The position numbers and the translations under genes are program-made. Of a stretch of DNA of 64,000 bases, positions 1-12,124 are shown piece by piece. This stretch comes from Eledone cirrhosa (Eukaryota): NCBI GenBank assembly GCA_964016885.1, contig OZ024740.1:203298001-203362000 (forward strand), given 5' to 3'. Below the pieces are notes generated by a model. The model worked only from the letters and a program-made list of their open reading frames with translations, had not been told where the DNA came from and did no database searches. The stretch's first letter is position 1; each line of letters begins with the position of its first letter.

Positions 1-316
1 CAACAAAACACACGCACACACACAAACACACACACTCTTAAACTTATATATACACACACATCCTCATAGCTTCATACAGACACACATACATGCTCTATAT
101 ACAAAACGATTTTTTCCTTTTCAGCTAGACCCCTTCGATTACTACCTTTTAAAACAAGACCGACTGATTTTCTTATACACTAAAAACCAGATTCAACAGT
201 TTTCTAAGAGATGGTAACTTGAGTAGACCTGTTTTTTCTCAAAGAATTTTTTTTTTTTGTTTCTGCCACTGTCTACCCTCCTCTATCTTTCTATTTCTTC
301 TTTAATTTCTCATTCT

Positions 317-354
317 ATTTTCTGGTGAAAGACAAGCGTCCGAAACGTTAAAAT
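317..354 (+). ncRNA. Degenerate minimal type I hammerhead ribozyme motif (Penelope-type)
   Basis: ATTTT-CTGGTGA-AGAC(AAGC)GTCC-GAAA-CG-TT-AAAAT: stem I ATTTT/AAAAT, stem II GAC/GTC, palindromic stem III ACGT. The core has a CUGAUGA>CUGGUGA substitution, so it is probably inactive. Confidence 0.45.
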
Positions 355-494
355 TATTTTCCTACTATATCAAGCGTAAAAATAATAATATATTTCTTGA
401 TTTTCTTTGTTATTTCTGTTTGCCTTTTGCATTCATCTCGAATTTTGTTTATCGTGAACTCGTGCGCCGATTTTTCGATACTCGATTATTCTAC

Positions 495-1020
<526 letters not shown>

Positions 1021-1290
1021 GCGGGTCTTCTGTATTACTGCGTAGCGCCAAAGATCTTGGTCCAGTGCCATTGTCTCAAAGAGGTGCAAGTGTGTAAGGT
1101 CGGAACTATTCAGATCGTTCCAGGTTTTTCTGGGTCTACCTATTCCGTAACTACCATCAATTTTAATCGCCCTACACTTTTTTATGCAGCTGTCGTCTTT
1201 CATGCGCATCACGTGACCATACCAACGTAGTCAAGTAAACAGCATCTGATCCCTCTTATTCCTAATTTCTCACTTAGTTCATTTATGCGT
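1021..1290 (-). mobile_element. RTE LINE 3' ORF fragment
   Basis: ORF 985-1212(-) MMRMKDDSCIKKC...GRPRKTW matches the C-terminus of the RTE at 24507-24968. Confidence 0.75.
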
Positions 1291-1657
1291 GTATGTATAT
1301 ATATATACATACACACAAAGAAAATGATTGATAGATTGGTGGATAGATAGATATACACATGTGTGTACAAATAAAAGAAAAGAGCAATATATATAGATGT
1401 GTACCATTAACAAGACAATTTACAAAACTACTAATCCCATGACATTCAACAAAAGCCATGGATTAAAGTTGTTTCTGAGTGTGTATATGCGTGTGTGTGT
1501 GAGAGAGAGAGAGAGAGGGGGGGGATCCTGGTTACCTAAATGTACTGTGACTAGGAATAAGCTGAGTTGGTCATGGCTGAACTAGCTTTGATCACATATC
1601 AGCTGAATCAGAGCTGATCTAGAACAAAATAGTATATCACAGATTGTTGTTACTTAC

Positions 1658-1730
1658 CATATATACTCTGGATTAAATTGTTCTTCTGGCGTTTGATACT
1701 GAAAAGGTTCATTCCATATTCCTTGCAGAT
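1658..1730 (-). CDS. Exon 3 of secreted C-type lectin-like gene (ICKEYGMNLFSIKRQKNNLIQSIY)
   Basis: Acceptor CTACTTTTACAG and donor G|GTAAGT on -; 73 nt, phase 0 start matches the previous exon; the joined sequence gives the CTLD-like pattern A-x2-I-C-x3-G-x2-L-x-S-I. Confidence 0.7.
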
Positions 1731-2244
1731 CTGTAAAAGTAGTAGATCATGTCAAACATGAAAATTTTATAACTTAAACCATTTATACTTTTATATGACT
1801 CTCTTATGTGTGAGTGTGTGTCCATGAAGCCTATACATATACACCAGGTCCAAACACAAAGGAGCCAAACTCCCACTGTCACTACCTCTGTCTCTCCTGC
1901 TCTCCCCATGTTGTGTTGTTATTTTAATAATACTTTTGATACCAAACTACCTTGGGTTCTATGATACCAAATTGTTTCTTTTAAAGTGTTTATAATTTAT
2001 CTAAAAATATTTCATCATTTTTTCTAATAACCTTTGTTTAAGTTATGTTTCAAACACCAGCTTAATAATGAGAAAGTTTGTTATATTACTAGATCTCTCC
2101 ATATTCTTGATTATTTTCAAAATTATTTGAACATCATAGATAGTGTCTTTCATTAGAAATATGATAATGGATTAAACACATGAAGTTATACTGAAGAGTT
2201 AATCTTCAAACATAAAATACATAGGCACACACATACATTAGGAA

Positions 2245-2475
2245 GGAAGGCACTTCATCGGTCACAACGACTAGTGTTCCAGTTGATCTGATCAATGGAA
2301 CAGCCTGCATATGAAATTAACATGCAAGTGGCTGAGCATTCCACAAACATGTGTACCCTTAATGTAGTTCTCAGGGAGATTCAGCATGACACAGAATGTG
2401 GCAAGGCTGGCCCTTCGAATTATAAGTACAATTCAATTTTGCCAGCTGAGTGGAATAAAGTGTTTTGCTCAAGCA
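2245..2475 (-). mobile_element. SINE-like dispersed repeat
   Basis: A related fragment recurs at ~23925-24020; the GTGTTTTGCTCAAG motif is shared with SINE copies at ~21740 and ~63780. Confidence 0.5.
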
Positions 2476-2650
2476 TGCCACCGGAAATCATACTCACGAC
2501 ATTACAATTTAGAGCTAAATTCCCTACCCACAAATCCACACACCTTCACTACACACTTACATGCATACATACATACACATGCTAGCGTGAAAGATGGACG
2601 TTAAATGATAACTATGATGATGAAGATGATATATATATAGGCATACGTCA

Positions 2651-3311
2651 AGACGGGCGGTCAGGAAAGTGAAAGTAATTTTTGACACTGTGAATTTGTT
2701 TTTTGTTTTTTTTTACAACAGGTCTCAATAATGAAAGTTACGATACACACGCAATTGTATGGATTTCTTAATATATATATACGTGTGGGTGTGTATATGT
2801 GTGTATATATATGTGTGTCTGTATGTATATATATATGTGTGTTTGTATATATATATGTGTTTGTGTCATCATCATCGTTTAACGTCTATCTTCCACGCAA
2901 GCATGGGTTTCTGACCCAAATCCCTTATCATTCTCTGTCCTTCTTATGACCCGACCTTAATTTCTTTGGGGACAGAGAGTTGGTACAAACAAGTTTGGCG
3001 AGATGTACAAACACATATATACACACAAACATATATATACGTCTAAACCCATGCTTGCGTGGAAGATAGACGTTAAACGATGATGATGACACAAACACAT
3101 ATATATATACAAACACACATATATATATATATACATACAGACACACATATATATACACACATATACACACCCACACATATATATATATATTAAGAAATCC
3201 ATACAATTGCGTGTGTATCGTAACTTTCACTATTGAGACCTGTTGTAAAAAAAAAAAAAAAAAAAAAATTCACATGTCAAAAATTACTTTCACTTTCCTG
3301 ACCGCCCGTCT
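2651..3311. repeat. Long inverted repeat (arms 2651-2910 and 3045-3311)
   Basis: AGACGGGCGGTCAGGAAAGTGAAAG... is the reverse complement of ...CTTTCACTTTCCTGACCGCCCGTCT; identity runs through to the inner GCAAGCATGGGTTT. Confidence 0.9.
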
Positions 3312-4333
3312 ATATATAAATATAAATATAAATAAATATAATAAACTATTCTAGAGAAATATATTGAGAGCTCTTGAAAGGAGAAAATATTTCTTATATT
3401 TTTTTATTTTTTATTGTTTGATAGCTTCTCCTATTTTCGAAAGTTTATCCTTTCAAAGTTTAAGTTAAATATACGTAGAAAATTTCTATACTAAATCTAT
3501 TAAACATACTATTATTTTGAAATTATAACTTAAAATATTCTATAATATTTGTGTATATATGTATATGTGTGTATTGACATACATGTACATATGTTTTATG
3601 CGTGTATGTCTATCTGTATGTATATGTATACGTGATGCGTATCTACCTATCTGTTGAGGGTACACATATATGTATGTATATGTGTGAATTGTGTATGTAC
3701 ATGTGCATGTATATCCATACAATTCGATTGCACTTATGTATAGTGATTATCCCAAGATTCGTGACAGATAGACATATAATAACAGCCATAAATACATAAC
3801 AGGTAATCTTATAAAACTTATATAAAAAAATTTTGTTTAATAACACAAAGTGTGTATAACATAAAATGTCTTTTAATATCTTAACAATTATAACATTTTA
3901 TAAGATTCCTATATCTTAAATTAAATTAAAGAATCTTTTATGTTTTGTGTGTATATATTATATACGTAATTAGATATGTATATGTATTTTATAAGTGTGT
4001 ATATATATTTATATATATGTATTTTTGCGTGTGTATACGTGTTATATGATATGTAAATCTTTAATAATATATGGATTTCTTAATATATAGATCCCAATTT
4101 TTAATATATTGATCTCAATATTTAAATGATTAACTAAACATCTAATCATATTTAAACAATGGTTAAATTTCTCATAGTATATATGTATATTCCATTCATG
4201 ATTATTAACATTTCTAATTTTATTTATTCCTTTCATCTCAATTGTTAAGTTAACTCAACAAGTTATGACTTAGGGTTTTTCGTTCTCTCCCCTTTTCTCT
4301 GTCTCCACTCTATCTTTCTCTCTCTGATGTTCT

Positions 4334-4335
<2 letters not shown>

Positions 4336-4402
<67 letters not shown>
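4336..4402. repeat. (CT)n microsatellite
   Basis: Direct dinucleotide run. Confidence 0.95.
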
Positions 4403-4409
<7 letters not shown>

Positions 4410-4571
4410 CTTTCTCTTTCTCCGTAACCCAACGGCTTATTTTAAAAATAAAAATATCCAATACTAATAATATAATTAAAGCTACAACTCCACTATCCGG
4501 GAGCTTCCAACAGCAATGGTTGCATCCTTTAAGGGTATGTCAATATTTATTTATAAAACTGATCTATATTA

Positions 4572-4636
4572 TATTTTATCTGATGAAAGCACACCATAAT
4601 TTAACTTGGTTTCCTTGAAATATGTATAATGAAATA
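4572..4636 (+). ncRNA. Type I hammerhead ribozyme motif
   Basis: Stem I TATTTTAT/ATGAAATA (one G-U), core CTGATGA 4580-4586, stem II AAG..ACCA/TGGT..CTT, GAAA 4617-4620, short stem III ATA(TG)TAT, AUA cleavage triplet. Confidence 0.65.
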
Positions 4637-4760
4637 AATATGGTTTTATAAATATAGTTTCCATTTGTTAATATCGTATTTTTACTCCAAATATTTGTTG
4701 AGTGCTTTATATCAGTTATAAAAATATTTTCTTGTATCCCAACAATTTAAATAGAACTTT

Positions 4761-4818
<58 letters not shown>

Positions 4819-4941
4819 GGAGATGAGTTTTATTGTAGTACAATAAAGCAATGCAGATATCGGATAAGAAGCACTCTACAGTTTGTAGGACTGGAGTATA
4901 CATAATATATAAGATCAAAAGATGGTTAAATGAGTTCCATG

Positions 4942-5012
4942 TATTTTATTATGCGCATTTCAAAAACAAATATCATCATGCAATAACATTTGTGTTTTCA
5001 TCAGATAAAATA
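4942..5012 (-). ncRNA. Type I hammerhead ribozyme (inverted copy)
   Basis: Exact reverse complement of 5131-5201. Confidence 0.8.
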
Positions 5013-5130
5013 GGAGGACATGATATGAAGGTTAAAAAACACTTGTGGATAGTGCAGTTTTAAATCAACATATGTTGATTTAAAACTGCACTATCCACAA
5101 GTGTTTTTTAACCTTCATATCATGTCCTCC

Positions 5131-5201
5131 TATTTTATCTGATGAAAACACAAATGTTATTGCATGATGATATTTGTTTTTGAAATGCGCATAATAAAAT
5201 A
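5131..5201 (+). ncRNA. Type I hammerhead ribozyme with palindromic stem III
   Basis: Perfect stem I TATTTTAT/ATAAAATA, CTGATGA 5139-5145, ~16-bp imperfect stem II with GCAT loop, GAAA 5182-5185, self-complementary stem III ATGCGCAT, AUA cleavage predicted after 5193. Confidence 0.8.
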
Positions 5202-5231
5202 CATGGAACTCATTTAACCATCTTTTGATCT

Positions 5232-5269
<38 letters not shown>

Positions 5270-5272
<3 letters not shown>

Positions 5273-5638
5273 GGGCAAAGGGTCCGTGCATGCAATGCAT
5301 GCAGTGCATGCGTTATAGAATCTTGAGTTGATCAATTGCGTCGGTTGAAGCAAGCAGAATTTTGGCTGCTTACTAAAACGTATAGACACAAAAAAAGATA
5401 ACACACACACACCCACACACACACATACACACAAACACATACAGCAGAATTTTGACTGCTTACTAAATCGTAGACACATAAAAAGATAACACACACACAC
5501 AAGATAACACTACATGCGGCTTTGACCGGGAGGGTCATTTAGAGGGAATGGAGGGAGGGGGGTAAGGCTGCACAGCCACACTTTCCGACATGGCGATTGG
5601 ACTTCATACCCTGCTTTCCTGGTTACCCTTCGCCAGTG
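5270..5638. mobile_element. Possible hAT-type MITE
   Basis: Imperfect TIR CAGGGGCAAAGGGT versus ACCCTTCGCCAGTG, flanked by ATATATAT on both sides; internal ~60-bp direct repeat at 5353-5500. Confidence 0.45.
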
Positions 5639-5714
5639 ATATATATATCATCATCATCATCATCATCGTTTAACGTCCATCTTCCACGCTAGCATATATT
5701 ATATAATAAATATA

Positions 5715-5905
5715 TAATTGTTTCTACGTTAGGCACAAGGCCAGCAATTACCCAGTGCATTACTGGTACTTTATTTTATCGACCCCGTAAGGATGAAAGG
5801 CAAAGTCAACCTCGGCGGGATTTGAACTCAGATCGTAAAGGGACGTAACTATGCTGGAAAGCATGGCGTCCGACCCTCTACCGATACTGCCAATCCACCG
5901 CCCTT
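5715..5905 (-). mobile_element. tRNA-derived SINE
   Basis: On -: A-box-like TGGCAGTATCGG, B-box GAGTTCAAATCC, core GCCTTTCATCCTTACGGGGTCGATAAAAT; same family as 37878-38060. Confidence 0.85.
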
Positions 5906-6289
5906 ATAATAAATGTATAATGTATGTTGTTCAGTAATTCTGTGGATTACTGGAGGTTACCCAAGTAGGAACACTCGGTGCACTGGCAGTGTGTATATAT
6001 TATGTATGTTTGAGAGAAATAAGTTTCACATTAAGATGTTTTTGTTACATATTGAACTTACATATGTTTGACAGATGACTGGCTCTACAATATTATCCAT
6101 ATGATAAACCTGACTCCAGTATATATAATAATAATGAAAATGATTGTGTATAGTGCCCAGGTGCACTACAACTCATCAAAGGTGCACAGAGTAATGTACA
6201 AAAATCAGGGAAGTAAACAATGTATGAGTCATGATAAACACACATACACATGTGTGTGTGTATGGAGGGGGAACATAAGGTGTAGTGTT

Positions 6290-6690
6290 GGTGAATTTTG
6301 GGAAGCATGGAAGTTTTGAAAGATGCAGTGTCCTGACAGCTAACAACTGGTGCAGGTAGTTTGTTCCATGCTTCAGCAACTCTGAGTGTGAAAAAATGTT
6401 TCCGAAAGTCATGGGAGCTATACTGTTTTCTGATTTTGTAAGCATTCCCATGGGTGTTAGACATATGGAATTCAAAAAGGTGCCCATGGTTGTTGTTGGA
6501 AAGATGGTTAATAATCTTGTGGGTTGTATCAATCTGCTCATCATACGTTTCTACCCAATCAAAATAGATGTGCAGATCAATACTGGAGTCAGGTATATCA
6601 TATCAATAAACTCCTGGAGCCAATTATCTGTGAAATAAGTAATGCACAATATGTCATGAAAGTATTTTAGAAAGAAACTTATTTCTCTCA
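6290..6690 (-). mobile_element. CR1-clade LINE 3' fragment
   Basis: THGNAYKIRKQ...RKHFFTLRVAEAWNKLP...FK is the typical CR1-group ORF2 C-terminus. Confidence 0.8.
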
Positions 6691-6696
6691 TACATA

Positions 6697-7124
6697 CTTG
6701 CCTATGTACAAAGCAAAACCTACAGTCAGTCGGCACCTCTTAACCAAATATACACCCCAATCCACTACCCCTACCCTATCCTCCCACTCCCACCAACACC
6801 ACCCTCTCTTTGTAAAGTTGGTACCACAACATCCAGTCCAAATAAATGAGATAATGAAATCGAGATCATGTAGGTATCATGACAAAAAAAACACAGTCCA
6901 CACTGTAATGTGGCCGTGTAGGTAACACGGTAAAAAGTTCCCAGTTCCACACTGTAAATGTGGTTGGTGTTAAGAAGGGCATCCAGCCATAGAAAACCTG
7001 CCAGATAGTCCTATATGAGCGAGACACGGTCACCCGACCTACCTTGTCTCAAGTGGGACAACTCCCGTCTAACCCATGCTAGCATGGAAGATGGACATGA
7101 AACGAAGATGATGATGATGATGAT
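6697..7124 (+). mobile_element. Bipartite RTE-derived element (inverted copy of 613-1020)
   Basis: Reverse-complement match to 613-1020, ending in (GAT)n. Confidence 0.8.
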
Positions 7125-7819
7125 ATATAATATATGTATGGTCTTGTAATTCCTGATGGAGTCTTAGGGGTGTCATAGTGACATACAGTGTTTCTTGGGC
7201 ATTTTTAAGCCTGTCAGAGACCATCTCCTCTCCAGGTCTGAACACAACAGATTTCTTCCAGAGAAGAATAGAGAGAGGAAGGGAGAAATGGATATAGAGG
7301 ATGAATCAACCCCAGTACTCTTTTCATTGACGTCAAAAGGATGAAAGGCAAAATTGATCTTGATTGCATTTGAACTAAGAGAGCAGAATAGAGGAAAGCA
7401 TTCCATCCTATGTTCTAACAACTCTGCCAATTCACCACCCATACATATAATCATCATCATCATCATTATCACCGTTTTACGTTCATTTTCTACACTAGCA
7501 TGGGTTAGATGAGTTGTCCTGTTGTGGGCAATGCTAGGTCAGGTAACCATGCCTTGTTCATACAGAACTGATTTGGGTTTAGTTTCTACAGCTAGATGCC
7601 CTTCCTAATGCCAACCTCATTCACAGTGAGTACTGGGTGTTTTTTGTTGTGATGACTACACAACCACTTTACAGTGTGGACCGGGTGTTTTTTGTCATAA
7701 TATATATACATTTGTATATATATATTTCAGAAGTTCATTGTTACAACAGTGTTCACCAAGTGATCAGAAATTCATCCTGCTAAAACAAAGTTCATTATGT
7801 GATCAGAAATTCATCCTGT

Positions 7820-8251
7820 CTGTGATTACCTGGACTGTGATTACCTGGGCTGTGATTACCTGGGCTGTGATTACCTGGACTGTGATTACCTGGGCTGTGA
7901 TTACCTGGACTGTGATTACCTGGACTGTGATTACCTGGGCTGTGATTACCTGGGCTGTGATTACCTGGACTGTGATTACCTGGGCTGTGATTACCTAGAC
8001 TGTGATTACCTGGGCTGTGATTACCTGGACTGTGATTACCTGGACTGTGATTACCTGGACTGTGATTACCTGGGCTGTGATTACCTGGGCTGTGATTACC
8101 TGGACTGTGATTACCTGGACTGTGATTACCTGGACTGTGATTACCTGGACTGTGATTACCTGGACTGTGATTACGTGGACTGTGATTACCTGGGCTATGA
8201 TTACCTGGGCTGTGATTACCTGGGCTGTGATTACCTGGACTGTGATTACCT
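7820..8251. repeat. 15-bp minisatellite (CTGTGATTACCTGGR), ~29 units, intronic
   Basis: Direct tandem units differing mainly at one A/G position. Confidence 0.95.
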
Positions 8252-8325
8252 ATCCAACCCATGCCAGCAGAGAAAGTTGACATAAAATAATGTTGATGGT
8301 GATAGAAAGAATAGAAGTATCATAC

Positions 8326-8426
8326 CTGTCTTGCAGAATCTAAAGTTTCAGTAAGATGAAAGTGCCAGTAGATCATCTTGAGTGATTCATTTCTTGTGAT
8401 TAATTTCGGTTTTAGTTCAGCAGCTC
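8326..8426 (-). CDS. Exon 2 of secreted C-type lectin-like gene ((G)AAELKPKLITRNESLKMIYWHFHLTETLDSARQ)
   Basis: Acceptor CTGTATTTCCAG, donor CAG|GTATGA; 101 nt, phase 1 in and phase 0 out, stop-free, phase-compatible with both neighbouring exons. Confidence 0.7.
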
Positions 8427-8515
8427 CTGGAAATACAGCAGACAAGATGGGGGAGAGGATTTAGAAGATGGCTGATAAGATGAGAAAGAAACAAATATTC
8501 CTTCAACTATTATGG

Positions 8516-8901
8516 TTGGTGACAATGACAGTGGTGATGATGACAGTGGTGACAATGACAGTGGTGATGATGACAGTGGTGACAATGACAGTGGTGATGA
8601 TGACAGTGGTGACAATGACAGTGGTGACAATGACAGTGGTGATGATGACAGTGGTGACAATGACAGTGGTGATGATGACAGTGGTGATGATGACAGTGGT
8701 GACAATGACAGTGGTGATGATGACAGTGGTGACAATGACAGTGGTGATGATGACAGTGGTGACAATGACAGTGGTGATGATGACAGTGGTGATGATGATG
8801 ACAATGATGATGACAGTGGTGATATTGATGGTATGTTTAAATTGAACATGAAGCAGCAATAGCAGCAGCAGCAGTATCAGCAGCAGCAGCAGCAGCAGCA
8901 G
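8516..8901. repeat. 15-bp GACAGTGGTGA(TG/CA)AT minisatellite followed by a (CAG)n tract
   Basis: Direct tandem units; the DDDSG/TTVII ORFs are repeat artefacts. Confidence 0.9.
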
Positions 8902-9255
8902 ATGTTCACAATCCTCCTCCACCCATTCCCGTGTTCATAACCAGTTGAGGTCCCATGCTCCGGTGATAAACTCTGGCTATTGGTGACATTTGAACATTCA
9001 GGAAGCAGAGAGCCAGAACAAATACCACAAAGTCACAAAGTATCTTGTCCAATGCTCTACCAATTCCACCAATCCACTGCTCTTCGACTGCTATTTTATT
9101 TTATCGATCTTCAAAGAATGAAAGTAAAATCTAACCGCCATATTATTTAAACTGAGAGTGTAGGAAGAAATGCTGCAAAGTATTTAATCTGCTCTAATGA
9201 CTGACAATTCACTATTTCAAATACATTTATTTTACCAGTCTAGAATAGTCTTCAA

Positions 9256-9485
9256 TGGTCAGAGGTAATTATAAGTGGTATGACCTTCAAATATTAATGG
9301 TATTTCTAAGTGGTATGACCTTCAAAGGTCAGTGGTAATTATAAGTGGTATGACCTTCAAATGTCAGAGGTAATTATAAGTGGTATGACCTTCAAATGTC
9401 AGTGGTAATTCTAAGTGGTATGACCTTCAAAGGTCAGTGGTAATTCTAAGTGGTATGACCTTCAAAGGTCTGTGGTAATTCTAAG
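9256..9485. repeat. 35-bp minisatellite, ~6.5 units
   Basis: AAGTGGTATGACCTTCAAA recurs with period 35. Confidence 0.85.
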
Positions 9486-9849
9486 AAGCAAAGTAAGAAT
9501 TGTAACAAAAGTAAAAGGCCCTTAACTCCTAATGAAGTTGTAGGGGGCACCATCTTGACACATAGTGTGTCTCGAGTATTTTAAACATGGCGTAGCCCAT
9601 CCCTCTCTACGCCAGAACACAGCTGATTCCTTCCAGAGAAAAACAAAGAGAGGGGAGTGGGAGGGGTAGAGAGAAAGGGGAGAACCAACCCCAGTACTGT
9701 ATATAAAAAACAACTGGAAACAATATTTAGATAACTGCTTCATCTTCTGGAATAGAGGCCAGAATGACCTGGTCATTTATTTATATACTCATAAATGTAC
9801 ATACTCACATGTACACATATGTGTCAGCGTGAAAAAAAATTCTAGTTAT

Positions 9850-10570
9850 CAAAAAAGAGGAGAATATTAAAACTGATCTCTTTTACAAGCCAGCACATGC
9901 AAACCAATACTTGAATTTCTGGTCATCACACCCTTCACATATCTAAACATATTTTCCTTTTAATATGGCAAGACATATTTGCCCCATAGTATCAAGCATC
10001 ACATTACAGATAACAAGAACTGAAAGTGTTCCTTCAAAGACAAGATTACCTTTTAACTTAATACTTCAAGGCCCAGAATATCCTAGTTACAATACTCAGA
10101 AGAAAACAAATCCAACAAAATAAAAAAGGAAAAAGCTATTATCCCCTTTCTCATCACACACCATCCTAGGAACTATAATATTCTGACTGCTGCTAAATTA
10201 TACCTCCCAGTTCTCCTACAATCCTCCAAAATGAATGAAATCTTAAAAGAATCACATATAATATATAGTAGACGCCAGACACTCAACTTAAAGAAACTAC
10301 TAACTAAGGTGAGATTCATATCAGAAAAAGAAACAATGCAAGTTCAAAAGTGTGGTAACCCTTGATGCAAAACTTGCAAATATATTGAAGAGGGGGTACA
10401 AATTGTTTTTGAAAACAATGAGATTTTCAACACTACATGCAGGGAACACTTTGCAAAATGCAAAAAGGGAAATATCACGATATTCCCATTCTTTAAAATA
10501 TAGTTGGAAAACAAATATTTTCTAAAATACAAAGAATAATTCTTTAATAAAAAATACAAGCCAAAACTGA
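9850..10570 (+). mobile_element. Penelope-like element fragment (RT C-terminus to Cys linker), decayed
   Basis: Manual translation NIKTDLFYKPAHANQYLNFWSSHPSH and KCGNP*CKTCKYI, typical PLE motifs with stops and frameshifts. Confidence 0.75.
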
Positions 10571-12064
10571 ACAAAAAATTATATCTCATCTCCTAGAAAT
10601 GCCAATTTCAACGTCACATGAAATAGCAGAGATTAAGCACGAGTGGAGGAACAATCACACTTTCAAACATTTGATAGTTGGAAGGGAGAACAATCCTCAG
10701 AGGTACCTTACTAATTTACTAACTCACACCTCTAAATGTATATGAATGTATGTATCATCATCATCATCATCATCAACGTTTAACGTCCGTGTTCCACGCT
10801 TGCATGGGTTTGGACGGGGGTAGTCCCACTTGAGGCAAGAGTGATTGTCTTGCTCGCATAGGACTGTCTGGCAGGTTTTCTACAGTTGGATGCCCTTCCT
10901 AACACCAACCACATTTACAGTGGGGGTATATAAATGTATATGTATATATGTGTGTAGCAGGGAAAACAGACGTTAAAACAATGATGATGATGATATATAT
11001 ATATATATATTTACATGCGCATAGGGAGGGATGCATATATGTGAATGTGTGTGCAGTGGCATGGACATGCATGTGAGTATATATATATATATATTATAAT
11101 CATATCACCATTTAATGTCCATTTTTCCACACTAGCATGGGTTAGACGAGTTGTCCTGTTGTGAGCAATTCCAGGTCAGATGACCATATCTTGCTCATAC
11201 AGAACTGATTTTGGCTTCCTAATGCCAACCTCATTTATAGTGAGCACTGGATGCTAGATGACCACCTTACTGTGTGGACTGGGTGCTTTTTGTGTGACAC
11301 CTACACAACCACTTTACAGTGCAGACTGGGTGCTTTTTGATGTGACACCTACACAACCACTTTACAGTGTGGACTGTGTGCCTTTTGCGTCACACCTACA
11401 TGACCATTTTACACTGTGGCCTGGAGGCTTCACTAGATATATGCTTTAGCCTGTCATCATGGAAGATGTATGAGAGAGTGGGGTAGGGTGGTGCATATTA
11501 TATATATGCTTCAGCTTCAGCTTGTGCTTGTGAACATTTGCTTAAATTCTTATAAGCGGGAGGTTGGGAAATCGGTAATTATATAGTGTACGTTCGTATA
11601 TATATGGTATTTCTTGTAATATGCTTTTTTTGTCATATATAATGTTTTTTTTAATGTAAAATAAAATTATCATTAGATTCTTAGGCTGCTGTATCAATAT
11701 GAATCACTTGCAATAAGATTTCACTGGAGATAGATTAGCAAAATTTAATAAGCGGGTGGGGGGGAGGGCTGAAAAATTAATAAGCAGGAGGGGGTGATTA
11801 TTCAAGACCTGAGAGTACTTTTGACATCGATTAACAATTGTGGTTCACTTTCTAAAGTTGATTTACACACAATATTTTCATTTGTACATACACCTTTATT
11901 ACGCCCCCCCCTCCCTCACCATCACCCCCCTCCCTCCCAGACACAAGCCCGCATTATATAAAAAGGTAAAAGGTATATATCACTATATCATCAACATATC
12001 AGAGTTAATAAACCAACTTGACAAAGGAATGCGATGAAGATAAAAGCTAAATACATTAACTTAC

Positions 12065-12116
12065 CTCTCTGATAGAGAAGGAAACTGATGAACATCACTA
12101 CAACACTTAACTTCAT
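12065..12116 (-). CDS. First coding exon (signal peptide MKLSVVVMFISFLLYQRG) of secreted C-type lectin-like gene
   Basis: ATG at 12116-12114, basic N-terminus plus hydrophobic core, consensus donor AG|GTAAGT, phase 1 matching exon 8326-8426. Confidence 0.7.
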
Positions 12117-12124
12117 AGTGTCTT

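Larger units (their letters stand above)
4902..5241. repeat. Perfect 340-bp spacer-less palindrome
   Basis: Centre TTAAATCAACATATGTTGATTTAA at 5071/5072; arms read as exact reverse complements. Confidence 0.95.

Noticed and set aside
7738-8922. GNHSP / VITWT / DDDSG repeat ORFs resembling structural or biomineral proteins
   Set aside because: 15-bp minisatellites open in several frames; they flank a real minus-strand exon and lie in its introns, with no splice or start context
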